Of a stretch of DNA of 64,000 nucleotides, positions 38,363 through 50,218 are shown piece after piece; position 1 is the first letter of the stretch; the number at the start of each line of letters is the position of its first letter. This DNA comes from Heterodontus francisci (Eukaryota), in the NCBI RefSeq assembly GCF_036365525.1, contig NC_090375.1, positions 28,718,602 through 28,782,601 on the forward strand, read 5' to 3'. Below the pieces are notes generated by a model. That model saw nothing but the letters and a program-made list of their open reading frames with translations, had not been told where the DNA came from and searched no databases. The position numbers were made by a program, and so were the translations under genes.

Positions 38363-40867
38363 AAGTACCTCTCCGCACCAAAGTTTGAAGAAATTTTTTT
38401 TAAAATCAAACCGTGACATTACAGGAAAGCAGTGAGTTGATTGGTTGGTGAGTATTTGCTGCTTAGAAATGCAGTCTAAACAACAGCGAGTTTAAAAATG
38501 TTAAAAATATTAAGTACAAATCGCAAGTAAAAGGTTGATAGCTGGTGAGTCTTATCTTTTATTTGAAAATAAGGTTTGTTTTTGAATAAGGTTTGTTACT
38601 ATTGGTGAGGTTATTACTACTATTGTTAGCATTTTTGTATTAGCAGGGTATATTAATAGTGGTAAGATAGATTAGTATTGGTAAAGTTTAGTATTAGCAG
38701 TAGTAAGGTTATTATTACTATTGATAGGGTTATAGTATTAGTAGCCTCAGGGTTTATGAATAGCAGGGTTTAGTTGTAGTACCATGGTTTGTTATCCAAC
38801 AGATAGAGGAATGGTAGGGCTGATCCAACCTCAGGAGTCCACATCCTGTGCTATGTGGCAACTCCAGGAAGCTTCTTGGGTCTGGATAACCATATGTGCA
38901 GGAAGTATCGTCAGTTGCAGCAGCTTGAGCTCTGGGTTTCGGAACTTGAGCAGCAGCTGGCAACACTGCAGTGCATTCGTGAGAATGAGAGCTTCGTGGG
39001 TAGCACGTTTTTAGATGTGGTCACCCCACAGCTTAAGAGTAGACCGGGACAGAGGGAATGGGTGACCAGCAGACAGTCAGGAAGAAACAGGCAGTTAGTG
39101 CCAGAGACCCCTGAGTGCGTCTCATTCTCCAGTAGGTTTTCGGTACTGAATACTGAGGAAGGTGATGGTTCATCTGGGAAGTGTAGCCAGAGCCAAGGCC
39201 ATGGCACCACAGGTGGCTCAGCTGCACAGGGGGCACAAGGAAAACTGGACGAGCAATAGTGATAGGAGAATCGATAGTCAGGGGAACAGACATGCATTTC
39301 GTTGGCCGCAGATGTGAATCCAGGATGGTATGTTGCCTCCCTGGTGCCAGGGTCAAGGATGCCACTGAACGTCAGCAGAGCACCCTGAGGCGGGAGGGCG
39401 AACAGCCAGCAGTCGTGGTCCACATCAGTACCAACGACATAGGTAGGAAGAGGGATGTGGTCCTGCAGAAAGAGTTTAGGGAGCTGGGTAAGAAATTAGC
39501 AAGCAGGACCTCAAAAGTAGTCGTCTCCGGATTACTCCCAGTACCACGTGCAATAGAAATAGGAATAAGAGGATAGTGAAGATGAATGCTTGGCTGGAAA
39601 GATGGTGCAGAAGGGAGGGCTTTAGATTCCTGGGACACTGGGACCAGTTCTGAGAAGGTGGGATCTGTACAGGCTGGACAGGTTGCATCTGAACAGAGCT
39701 GGGACAAATTTCTTTATGGGGCAATTTGCTACTGCTACTGGGGAGGGTTTAAACTAACTTGGCAGGGATGTGGGAACCAGGAGGAAATATCAGAGAGGAA
39801 TACCAAGGTGCACAGAATACTGAAAGAAATAGATAGTACTAGAGAAGAAAATAGTAATTTATTAGGTGGGGTCAGAGTAAGGAAGAAAGTAATAAAGTCT
39901 AAATCAGGATTAATGTGCATGTATGTGAATGCATGGAGTGTTGTTAATAAGATTGGTGAGTTACAGGCGCAGAGTGACATGTGGAAATATGATGTTGTGA
40001 CTATAACAGAGGCCTGGCTCAAACAAGGGCAAGACTGGGTATTGATATTCCCGGATACAAGGTGTTCAGGAAAGATAGAAAAGGGAAAAGGGGGGAGGAG
40101 GGTGGAAATCATGGCGGTACTGACGATAATTTTTCAGTCTTCCTTCGACTCAGGGGTGGTGCCAGAGGACTGGAGAATTGCAAACATTACACCCTTGTTC
40201 AAAAAATGTGTAAAGATAATCCCAGCAACTACAGACCAGTCAGTTTAACTTTGGCGGTGAGTACACTTCTAGAAAGAATAATTCGGAACGCTATTAATAG
40301 TCACATGCAAATGCAGGTTAATTAAGGAAAGCCAGCATGGATTTCTTAAGGGAAAATCATATTTAATTAAATTGCTGGAGTTTTTTGAGGAGGTAACAGA
40401 GAGGGTTGATGAAGGCAGTGCAGATGATCTTGTGTACATGGACTTTCTAAAGGTGTTTGATACAGTGCCACACAACACACCTGTGAGCAAAGTTATACCT
40501 AATGGAATTAAAGGGACAGTAGCAACATGGATATGGAATTGGCTGAGTGACAGGAAACAAAGAGTACTGGTTAATGGATGTTTTTTGGATGTTTTTCGGG
40601 CTGGAGGAAGGTTTGTAGTGCAGTTCCCCAGGGGTCAGTGTTGGGACCCTTGCTTTTCCTGATATAAATTAATGACCTTGACCTTGGTGTACAGGGCACA
40701 ATTTCAAAGTTTACTGATGTTACGAACCTTGCAAGCATTGTAAACTGTGAGGAGGATGGTGTCGAACCGCAAAAGGACATGGACAAGTTGGTGGAATGGG
40801 CAGACAGGTGGCAGATGAAAATCAATGCAGAGAAATGTGAAATGGTTCATTTTGGTAGGAAGAACAT

Positions 40868-41626
40868 GGTTGAAATTTTACACCGCCCCACGCCCCCGCC
40901 CCGCCGCCCCAACAGAAGCGGGCTCGTGGCGTGGTCGGATGGGGGAGGCTGTAAAATTGAGTGGGAGGCAGGGGGTGCCGTTCCCAACGCCTTCCCTGCC
41001 CCCGCTGCAATTTTACGAGGGGCGGCTGCGGCAAGAAATGGCCCGCCTGCCCCAGGCCAATCAAGGCCCTTAAGTGGCCAATTATCTTAAGGGCTTGCTC
41101 CTACCACTGCTGGTATTTTACCAGCAGCCCCCTCAGGCCAACAGAATGCCACCTGGTGGCCTCCTTGCAGGCTGAGGGGGGCCCTCTTGATCAGGCTCCC
41201 TGTACCCCATGGAGGGCCCTCCCCCGAAGCCCCAACCGCCTCCACTGAAATAAAGACACCCACCCTCCCAACCGACCATCCGCTTGCCTCACTGGGGCCG
41301 ACCGATTGTCCCCGGCGAGGCCCCAAAAACTTACCTTGTTTCCGGGGCCATCATCCCACTTGCTGCTGTGGCTGGGTGCAGTCCCAGCAGTGGCCACCAC
41401 ACCCAATGGCGCTGTTGGGACTGAGAGCTGCCGGCCCACTGATTGGCTGGCAGCACCATTAGGTAGGAATTCCTGCCTCAGAGAGGTGGAAGTCCTGTCC
41501 AAGGACAATTAAAGGCCGAGGGTGTGCAAAATCCTGGCATAACTCCCCAGACCTGGCAGGGGGCAGGCTCGCCCCTGATATTTTGGCTGATGGGTGAGGC
41601 CTCCAATCCAACATAAAATTACGGCC
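40868..41626 (+). mobile_element. Fold-back MITE-like element inserted in the CR1 RT
   Basis: Ends GGTTGAAATTTTAC and CATAAAATTACGGCC (imperfect TIRs). CR1 sequence (HFGRKN...) continues on both sides. Homologous to 12020-12717. Confidence 0.8.
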
Positions 41627-42000
41627 AATATAAAATAAAGGGTGCAATTCTAAAGGATCAGAGGGACCTGGGTGTATATGTGCATAAGTCATTGAAGGTG
41701 GCAGGACAGGTTGAGAGAGCAGTTAATAAAGCATACAGTATCCTGGGCTTTATTAATAAGGGCATAGAGTACTAGAGCAAGGAAGCTATGTTGAAATTGT
41801 ATAAAACACTAGTTCAGCCTCAGCTGGAGTATTGTGTCCAGTTCTGGCAGCACTGGGCATTGGAGAGAGTGCAGAAAAGATTCACGAGAATGGTTCCAGG
41901 GATGAAGAACTTCAGTTATGCAGATAGATTGGAGAGGTTCGGACTGTTTTCCTTGGGGGAGAGAAGATTGAGAGGCGATTTGATACAGGTATTCAAAATC

Positions 42001-42997
42001 ACAGAATCACAGAATAATACAATGCAGAAGAGGCCCTTCGGCCCATCGAGTCTGCACCGATGCATTAAAACATCTGACCTGTCTACCTAATCCCATTTGC
42101 CAGCACTTGGCCCATAGCCTTGAATGTTATGACGTGCCAAGTGCTCATTCAGGTACCTTTTAAAGGATGTGAGGCAACCTGCCTCTACCACCATCCCAGG
42201 CAGGGCATTCCAGACCGTCACCACCCTCTGGGTAAAAAAGTTCTTCCTCAAATCCCCCTTAAACCTCCTGCCCCTCACCTTAAACGTATGACCCCTCGTA
42301 ACTGACCCTTCAACTAAGGAGAACAGCTGCTCCCTATCCACCCTGTCCATGCCCCTCATAATCTTGTACACCTCGATCAGGTCACCCCTCAGTCTTCTCT
42401 GCTCCAGCGAAAACAATCCAAGCCTATCCAACCTCTCTTCATAGCTTAAATGTTCCATCCCAGGCAACATCCTGGTGAATCGCCTCTGCACCCCCTCCAA
42501 TGCAATCACAAGCCAAAAGACTTGCAGGTTGTTAGGTAAATTGGCCATTATAAATTGTCACTAGTATAGGTAGGTGGTAGGGAAATATAGGGACAGGTGG
42601 GGATGTTTGGTAGGAATATGGGATTAGTGTAGGATTAGTATAAATGGGTGGTTGATGGTCGGCACAGACTCGGTGGGCCGAAGGGCCTGTTTCAGTGCTG
42701 TATCTCTAATCCTTCCTATAATGTGGCGACCAGAATTGCACACAGTACTCCAGCTGTGGCCTTACCAAAGTTCTGTACAACTCCAACATGACCTCCCTGC
42801 TTTTGTAATCTATGCCTCGATTGATAAAGGCAAGTGTCCCATATGCGTTTTCCACCACCCTATTAACCTGCCCTTCTGCCTTCAGAGATCTATGGACAAA
42901 CACGCCAAGGTCCCTTTGTTCCTCGGAACTTCCCAGTGTCAGGCCATTTATTGAATACTTCCGTGTCACATTACTCCTTCCAAAGTGTATCACCTCA
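42001..42997 (-). mobile_element. CR1 3' fragment nested in the family-C CR1
   Basis: EVIHFGRSN...EQRDLGVFVHRSLK...VRPQLEYCVQFWSPHYRKD, then ALEGVQRRFTRMLPG...; tail at 42001-42060. Confidence 0.9.
42511..42709 (+). mobile_element. 5'-truncated HE1-type V-SINE
   Basis: ccaaaagacttgcagg...ggtcggcacagactcggtgggccgaagggcctgtttcagtgctgtatctcta, matching the 3' half of 49862-50218. Confidence 0.85.
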
Positions 42998-43865
42998 TGA
43001 TGGACAGAGCAGATAGAGAGAAATTGTTCCCAGTCGTGAAAGGATTGATAACGAGAGGGCACAGATTTAAAGTATTTGGTAAGAGAAGCAAAAGTGACAA
43101 GCAGAAAAACTTTTTCACGCAGCAACTGGTTAAGTCTGGAATGCGCTGCCTTAGACTGTGGTTGCGGCAGGTTCAATTGAGGCATTCAATCGGGAATTAG
43201 ACAGTTATATGAAAAGGAAGAATGTGCAGGGTTACGGGGAGAAGGCAGGAGAATGGCACTAAGTGAATTGCTCTTTCGGAGAGCCACTGCAGACACGATG
43301 GGCTGAATGGGCTTTTTCTGCGCTGTAACAATTCTGTGATTCTGTGATAATAAATTCTAATATTTTCCCTATTACTGAGGTCAAACTAACAGGTCTGTAG
43401 TTCCCCGTTTTCTCTCTTACTCCTTTCTTAAATAGTTGGGTTACATTTGCTACTTTCCAGTCTGTAGAAACCTTTCCAGAATCTAAAGAAGTTTGAAAGA
43501 TAACCACCAATGCATCCACTATCTCTATAGTCCAAACCAAACCGAGAGAGTTTGCAGTGGGCTCGGTATTTGGGGCATTTCTTGCAGGGTCCATTGTCCT
43601 AAACTCAGTTTAGCATCAACATTTCTAAACCACCCTCTGGGCTTGCACGCAAGAGTTTTTTCATAAATCATATAAATATTAGTCCAGGAGGAGACCATTC
43701 AGTCCCGCTGCCTGTGCCAGTTCTGCCGCTCTCTCCTGTAACCCCATTACCCCTCAGATCCTTTTCTATTCCTCCTTTTCAAATATTTATCCTAATATCT
43801 TTTAAATCATGATATAGTCTCTACCTCAATAGCCACTTGTGGTGAAGCATCCCATCATCCAATAG

Positions 43866-44382
43866 ACCATACGAACATACGAATTAGGAGCAGGTGTAGG
43901 CCACTCGGCCCTTCGAGCCTGCTCCACCATTCAATAAGTGCATGGCTGAACGGATTACTCCACATTTCCACCTACCCCCGATAACCTTCCACCCCCTTGC
44001 TTATCAAGAATCTAACTACCTCTGTATTAAAAATATTCAAAGACTCTGCTTCCACCGCCGTTTGAGGAAGAGAATTCCAAAGACTCACGACCCTCTGAGA
44101 GAAAAATTCGCCTCATCTCTGTCTTAAATGGGTGACCCCTTATTTTTAAACAGTGACCCCTAGTTCTAGATTCTCCCACAAGGGGAAACATCCTTTCCAT
44201 ATCCATCCTGTCAAGATCCCTCAGGATCTTATATATTTCAATCAAGTCACCTCTTACTCTTCTAAATTCCAGCGGATACAAGCCTAGCCTGTCCAATCTT
44301 TCCTCATAAGACAGGCCAACCATTCTAGGTATTAGTCTAGTAAACCTTCTCTGTACTGCCTCCAATGCATTTACATCCTTCC
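43866..44382 (-). mobile_element. CR1 3' fragment
   Basis: RKDVNALEAVQRRFTRLIPRMVGLSYEERLDRLGLYPLEFRRVRGDLIEIYKIL plus tail. Confidence 0.9.
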
Positions 44383-44383
44383 G

Positions 44384-47113
44384 CAGTCTCCCTTTCTTTC
44401 CCAGAATCCTATTTCCCAGTCTCACAGTCTCCCCTTTCCCCAGTCTCCAACTCTCACCCTGACCCTCATTCCCCTGTCGCCCACTCTCCCCATTCCCCAG
44501 GCTCCCATTCTCTCCAACCCCCCCATTCCCCAGTCTCCCCATTCCCCAGTCTCCCACTCTCCCCATTCCTCAGTCCCCCACTCTCCCCGTTCCCCAGTCT
44601 CCCATTCTCCCCTTTCCCCAGTCTCCCATTCTCCCCAACCCCCCCAATCCCCATCTCAAATTCTCCCCGTTTCCCAGTCTCCCAGTCTCCCATTCCCCAG
44701 TCTCCCACTCTACCTGACCCTCATTCCCCAGTCTCCCACTCTCCCCATTCCTCAGTCTCCCACTCTCCCTGACCCCCATTGCCAGTCTCCCACTCTCCCC
44801 AGTCCCCAGTCTCCCACTCTCCCCTTTACCCAGTCTCCCACTCTCCCCATTCCCCAGTCTCGAACTCTCCCCATTCCCTAGTCTCCCACTCTCCCCTTTC
44901 CCCAGTCTCCAAGTCTCTCCATTCCCCAGTCTCCCACTCTCCCCATTCCCCAGTCTCCCACTCTCCCTTTTCCCCAATCTCCCACTCTCCCCGATCCCCA
45001 GTCTCCCACTCTCCCCATTTCCCAGCCCCCCACTCTCCCCTTTCCACAGTCTCCCACTCTCCCTGACCCCATTCCCCAGTCTCCCACTCTCCCCGTTCCC
45101 CAGTCTCCCACTCTCCCCGTTCCCCAGTCTCCCACTCTCCCCATTCCCCAGTCACCCACTCTCCCCATTCCCCAGTCTCCCACTCACCCCGTTCCACAGT
45201 CTCCCACTCTCCATTTCCCAGCCTCCCACTCTCCCCCTTCCCCAGTGTCCCACTCTCCCCGTTCCCCAATCTCCCATTCTTCCCAACCCCCCATTCCCCA
45301 GTCTCCCACTCTCTCCATTCCCCAGTCTCCCACCATCTCCATTCCCCGGTCTCCCACTCTCCCCGTTTCCCAGTCTCCCACTCTCCCCTTTCCCCAGTCT
45401 CCCACTCTCCCTGACCCTCATTCCCCAGTCTCCCACTCTCCCCATTCCCCAGCCTCCCACTCTCCCCGCTCGCCAGTCTCCCATTCTCCCTTTTCCCCAG
45501 TCTCCCACTCTCCCCCTTCCCCAGTCTCCCAATCTCCCTTTCCCCCAGTCTCCCACTCTCCCCGTTCCCCAGTCTCCCATTCTTCCCAACCCCCCATTCC
45601 CCAGCCTCCCACTCTCCCCGCTCCCCAGTCTCCCATTCTCCCTTTTCCCCAGTCTCCCAATCTCCCCTTCCCCAGTCTCCCAATCTCCCTTTCCCCCATT
45701 CTTCCCAACCCCCCATTCCCCAATCTCCCATTCTTCCCAACCCCCCATTCCCCAGTCTCCCACTCTCTCCATTCCCCACTCTCCCACTCTCCCCGTTTCC
45801 CAGTCTCCCACTCTCCCCATTCCCCAGTCTCCCATTCTCTCCTTTGCCCAGTCTCCCATTCTCCCCAACCCCTCCATTCCCCAGTCTCCCACTCCCCATT
45901 CCCCAGTCTCCCACTCTCCGCAACCCCCATTCCCCAGTCTCCCACTCTCCCCTTTCCCCAGTCTCCCATTCTTCCCAACCCCCATTCCCCAGTCTCCCAC
46001 TCTCTCCATTCCCCAGTCTCCTACTCTCCCCGTTCCCCAGTCTCCCATTCTCCCCTTTCCCCAGTCTCCCACTCCCCCTGACTCTCATTCCCCAGTCTCA
46101 CACTCTCCCCATTCCCCAGTCTCCCACTCTCCCCTTTGCCAAGTCTCCCATTCTCCACAACCCCTCCTTTCCCCAGTCTCCCACTCTCCATGACCCTCAT
46201 TCCCCAGTCTCCCACACTCCCCATTCCCCAGTCTCCTACTCTCCCCAACCCCATTCCCAAGTCTCCCACTCTCCCTTTCCCCAGTTTCCCACTCTCTCTG
46301 ACCCCCATTCTCCAGTCTCCCATTCTTCCCAACCCCCCATTCCCCAATCTCCCACACTCTCCATTCCCCAGTCTCCCACTCTCTCCATTCCCCAGTCTCC
46401 CACTCTCCCCATTTCCCAGTCTCCCACACTCCCCGTTTCCCAGTCTCCCACTCGCCCCTTTCCCCAGTCTCCCACTCTCCCTGACCTTCATTCCCCAGTC
46501 TCCCACTCTCCCCATTCCCCAGTCTCCCATTCTCCCCTTTGCCCAGTCTCCCATTCTCCCCAACCCCTCCATTCCCCAGTCTCCCACTCTCCCCATTTCC
46601 CAGTCTCCCACTCTCCCCATTCTCCCCTTTCCCCAGTCTCCCACTCTCCCCAACCCCCATTCCCCAGTCTCCCACTCTCCCCTTTCCCCAGTCTCCCATT
46701 CTTCCCAACCCCCCATTCCCCAGTCTCCCACTCTCTCCATTCCCCAGTCTCCCACTCTCCCCGTTTCCCAGTCTCCCACTCTCCCCATTCCCCAGTCTCC
46801 CACTCTCCCCTTTCCCCAGTCTCCCACTCTCCCTGACGCTCATTCCCCAGTCTCCCACTCTCCCCGTTCCCCAGTCTCCCATTCTCCCCAACCCCTCCAT
46901 TCCCCAGTCTCCCACTCTCCCCATTTCCCAGTCTCCCACTCTCCCCATTCCCCAGTCTCCCACTCTCCCCAACCCCCATTCCCCAGTCTCCCACTCTCCC
47001 CTTTCCCCAGTTTCCCACTCTCTCTGACCCCCATTCCCCAGTCTCCCACTCTCCCCAACCCCCACTCCCCAGTCTCCCCATTCCCCAGTCTCCCACTCTC
47101 CCCATTCCCCAGT
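44384..47113. repeat. C/T-rich minisatellite, core unit ~24 bp (TTCCCCAGTCTCCCACTCTCCCCA)
   Basis: About a hundred imperfect units. They produce 8-aa periodic pseudo-ORFs in all frames (GESGRLGN, SPVSHSPH). Confidence 0.95.
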
Positions 47114-47116
47114 GAC

Positions 47117-49681
47117 TAATATGCTTCACCTGTGAGATGTGGGAAGTCCGTGATGCTTCCAGCATTCCGGACGACTACATCTGCAGGAAGTGTACCCAGT
47201 TGCAGCTCCTCACAGACCACATGGATCGGTTGGAGCGGCAACTGGATGCACTTAGGAGCATGCAGATGGCGGAAAGCGACATAGACAGGAGTGTTAGAGA
47301 AGAGGTTACACCCAAGGTGCAGGCAGATAGATGGGTGACCGCTAGAAGGGGCAGGCAGTCAGTGCAGGAATCCCCTGTGTCTATCCCCTTCTCTAACAAA
47401 TATACCGTTTTGGATACTGTTGTGGGGGATGGCCTATCAGGGGAAAACAGCAGCAGCCAGAGCAGTGGCACCACGGCTGGCAAAGTTGTCCAGCAGGGAG
47501 GGACAAAGCGCAGAAGAGCAATAGTTATAGGGGACTCTATAGTCAGGGGCACAGATAGGTGCTTCTGTGGACGTGAAAGAGACTCCAGGATGGTATGTTG
47601 CCTCCTTGGTACCAGGGTCAAGGATGTCTCTGAACGGACAGGGGGCATTCTGAAGGGGGAGGGTGAACAGCCAGAGGTTGTGGTACACATCGGTACCAAC
47701 GACATAGGCAGGAAGAGTGATGAGGTCCTGCAGGGGTAGTTCAGGGAGTTAGGTAGAAAGTTAAAAAACAGGACCTCTCGGGTTGTAATCTCGGGATTAC
47801 TCCCTGTGCCACGTGCCAGTGAGGCTAGGAATAGGAAGATAGTGCAGCTAAACATGTGGCTGAACAGCTGGTGTAGAAGGGAGGGTTTCAGATATCTAGA
47901 CCATTGGGATCTCTTCAGGGACAGATGGGACCTGTACAAGAAGGACAGGTTGCATCTAAACTGGAGGGGCACTAATATCCTGGCTGCAAGATTTGCTAGC
48001 GTCACTCGGGACGTTTTAAACTAGTGTGGCAGGGGGGTGGGAACCAGAGCAGTAGGACAGCTAGTGAAATAAATGAGGAAAATAGTAAATAAGGCTAGTA
48101 GGACTAAGAGGAGGAGCAGGCAGGGAGATGTTGCTGAGCACAGCGGGACTGGTGGTCTGAAGTGCATTTGTTTCAATGCGAGAAGTATAACGCGTAAGGC
48201 AGATGAACTGAGAGCTTGGATTAGTACTTGGAAATATGATGTTGTTGCTATTACAGAGACTTGGTTGAGGGAAGGGCAGGATTGGCAGCTAAATGTTCCA
48301 TGATTTAGAAGCTTCAGGCGGGATAGAGGGGGATGCAAAAGGGGTGGGGGAGTTGCATTACTGGTTAAGGAGAATATCACAGCTGTACTGTGGGAGGACA
48401 CCCCAGAGGGGTCATGCAGTGAGGCAATATGGGTAGAGCTCAGGAATAGGAAGGGTGTTGGGGGTTTACTACAGGCCTCCCAACAGCCAGCAGGAGGTAG
48501 AGGAGCAGATATGTAGACAGGTTTTGGAAAGATGTAAAGGTAACAGGGTTGTGGTGGTGGGTGATTTTAACTTCCTCTATATTGACTGGGACTCACTTAG
48601 TGCTAGGGGCTTGGATGGGGCAGAATTTGTGAGGAGCATCCAGGTGGGCTTCTTGAAACAGTATGTAGATAGTCCAACTAGGGAAGGTGCCATTCTGGAC
48701 CTGGTATTAGGGAATGAGCCCGGCCAGGTGGTCGAAGTTTCAGTGGGGGAGCATTTCGGGAACAGTGACCATAATTCCATAAGTTTTAAGGTACTTGTGG
48801 ATAAGGATAAGAGTAGTCCTCGGGTGAAGGTGCGAAATTGGGGGAAGGCTAATTTTAACAATAGCAGGCAGGAACTGAAGAGTTTAGATTGGGGGCGGCT
48901 GTTTGAGGGTAAATCAACATCTGACATGTGGGAGTCTTTCAAACGTCAGTTGATTAGAATCCAGGACCAGCATGTTCCTGTAAGGAAGAAGGACAAGTTT
49001 GGCAAGTTTTGGAAGCTTGGATAATGCGGGATATTGTGAGCCTCGTCAAAAAGTAAAAGGAAGCATTCGTAAGGGCTGGAAGGCTAGGAACAGACGAGGC
49101 ACTTGAGGAATATAAAGGCAGTAGGAAGGAACTTAAGCAAGGAGTTAGGAGGGCTAAAAGGGGTCATGAAAAGTCATTGGCAAACAGGATTAAGGAAAAT
49201 CCCAAGGATTTTTATACGTATATAAAGAGCAAGAGGGTAACCAGGGAAAGGGTTGGCCCAGTCAAGGACAGAGATGGGAATCTATGTGTGGAGCCAGAGG
49301 AAATGGGCAAGGTGCTAAATGAGTACTTTGCATCAGTATTCACCAAAGAGAAGGACTTGGTGGATGATGAGCCTAGGGAAGGGAGTGCAGATAGTCTCAG
49401 TCATCTCATTATCAAAAAGGAGGAGGTGTTGGGTGTCTTGCAAAGCATTAAGGTAGATAGGTCCCCAGGGCCTGATGGGATCTACCCTAGAATACTGAGG
49501 GAGGCAAGGGAAGAAATTGCTGGGGCCTTGACAGAAATCTTTGCATCCTCATTGGCTACAGGTGAGGTCCCAAAGGACTGGAGAATAGCCAATGTTGTTC
49601 CTTTGTTTAAGAAGGGTGGCAAGGATAATCCAGGAAATTATAGGCCGGAGAGCCTTACGTCAGTGGTAGGGAAACTATTAG
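47117..49681 (+). mobile_element. CR1 family A: ORF1 and 5' half of ORF2 (APE endonuclease to start of RT), disrupted
   Basis: CFTCEMW...ICRKC zinc finger, leucine zipper, IVIGDSIVRG / VHIGTNDIG esterase. EN motifs FNARS, TETWL, YYRPP, VVGDFN, LDLVL, SDH. Also SPGPDG and NYRPESLTS. Several stops. Confidence 0.93.
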
Positions 49682-49861
49682 TCTGTTCCTAGCCTTCCAG
49701 CCGTTACAAATGTGTCCTTTTTCTTTTTGATGAGGCTCACAATATCCCGCGTTATCCAAGCTTCCCGAAACTTGCCAAACTTGTCTTTCTTCCTCACAGG
49801 AACATGCTGGTCCTGGATTCTAATCAGCTGTCGTTTGAAAGACTCCCACATGTCAGATGTT

Positions 49862-50218
49862 GGGCGGCACAGTGGTGCAGTGGTTAGCACCGCAGCCTCA
49901 CAGCTCCAGCGACCCGGGTTCAATTCTGGGTACTGCCTGTGTGGAGTTTGCAAGTTCTCCCTGTGTCTGCGTGGGTTTCCTCCGGGTGCTCCGGTTTCCT
50001 CCCACATGCCAAAGACTTGCAGGTTGATAGGTAAATTGGCCATTAGCAATTGCCCCTAGTATAGGTAGGTGGTAGGGAAATATAGGGACAGTTGGGGATG
50101 TGGTAGGAATTTGGAATTAGTGTAGGATTAGTATAAATGGGTGGTTGATGGTCGGCACAGACTCGGTGGGCCGAAGGGCCTGTTTCAGTGCTGTATCTCT
50201 AAACTAAACTAAACTAAA
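49862..50218 (+). mobile_element. Full-length HE1-type V-SINE
   Basis: tRNA-like head with A box (tggtgcagtgg) and B box (ggttcaattc); V-domain gggtttcctccgggtgctccggtttcctcccaca; CR1-like tail ending (TAAAC)n. Confidence 0.9.

Larger units (their letters stand above)
38140..43345 (+). mobile_element. Near full-length, internally deleted CR1 (family C): 5' monomers, ORF1, ORF2 and tail, with two insertions
   Basis: ORF1 has CRKY..LQQLELWVSELEQQL (coiled coil) and IGESIVRGTD...VHISTNDIG (SGNH esterase). ORF2 has an EN start (CMYVNA...TEAWL) jumping to the RT (VPEDWRIANITPLFKK...). 3' tail at 43200-43345. Confidence 0.85.
34566..43530 (-). mobile_element. One CR1 ORF2 copy broken into three pieces (34566-35605, 37873-38130, 43346-43530) by nested insertions
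   Basis: Pieces are colinear on the minus strand: EIVDALVVIFQ...NYRPVSLTSVIGKILEFII, then HLENK...SQHEF...DFQKASGKVPHRRL...DRKQRV, then the RT C-terminus and tail. Confidence 0.8.

Noticed and set aside
44027-44566. ORF fusing satellite peptide to the CR1 RT C-terminus
   Set aside because: Chance read-through across a TE/satellite junction.
44384-47113. CRISPR-like array
   Set aside because: Contiguous tandem units with no unique spacers, no cas genes, and a vertebrate context.
44365-47165. Many long ORFs (up to 420 aa) rich in G/E/W/R or S/P/H
   Set aside because: By-products of a 24-bp, stop-poor tandem repeat that is open in all frames; no gene structure.
49862-49935. tRNA gene
   Set aside because: This is the tRNA-derived head of an HE1 SINE; the same applies to 12885, 56270 and 61630.
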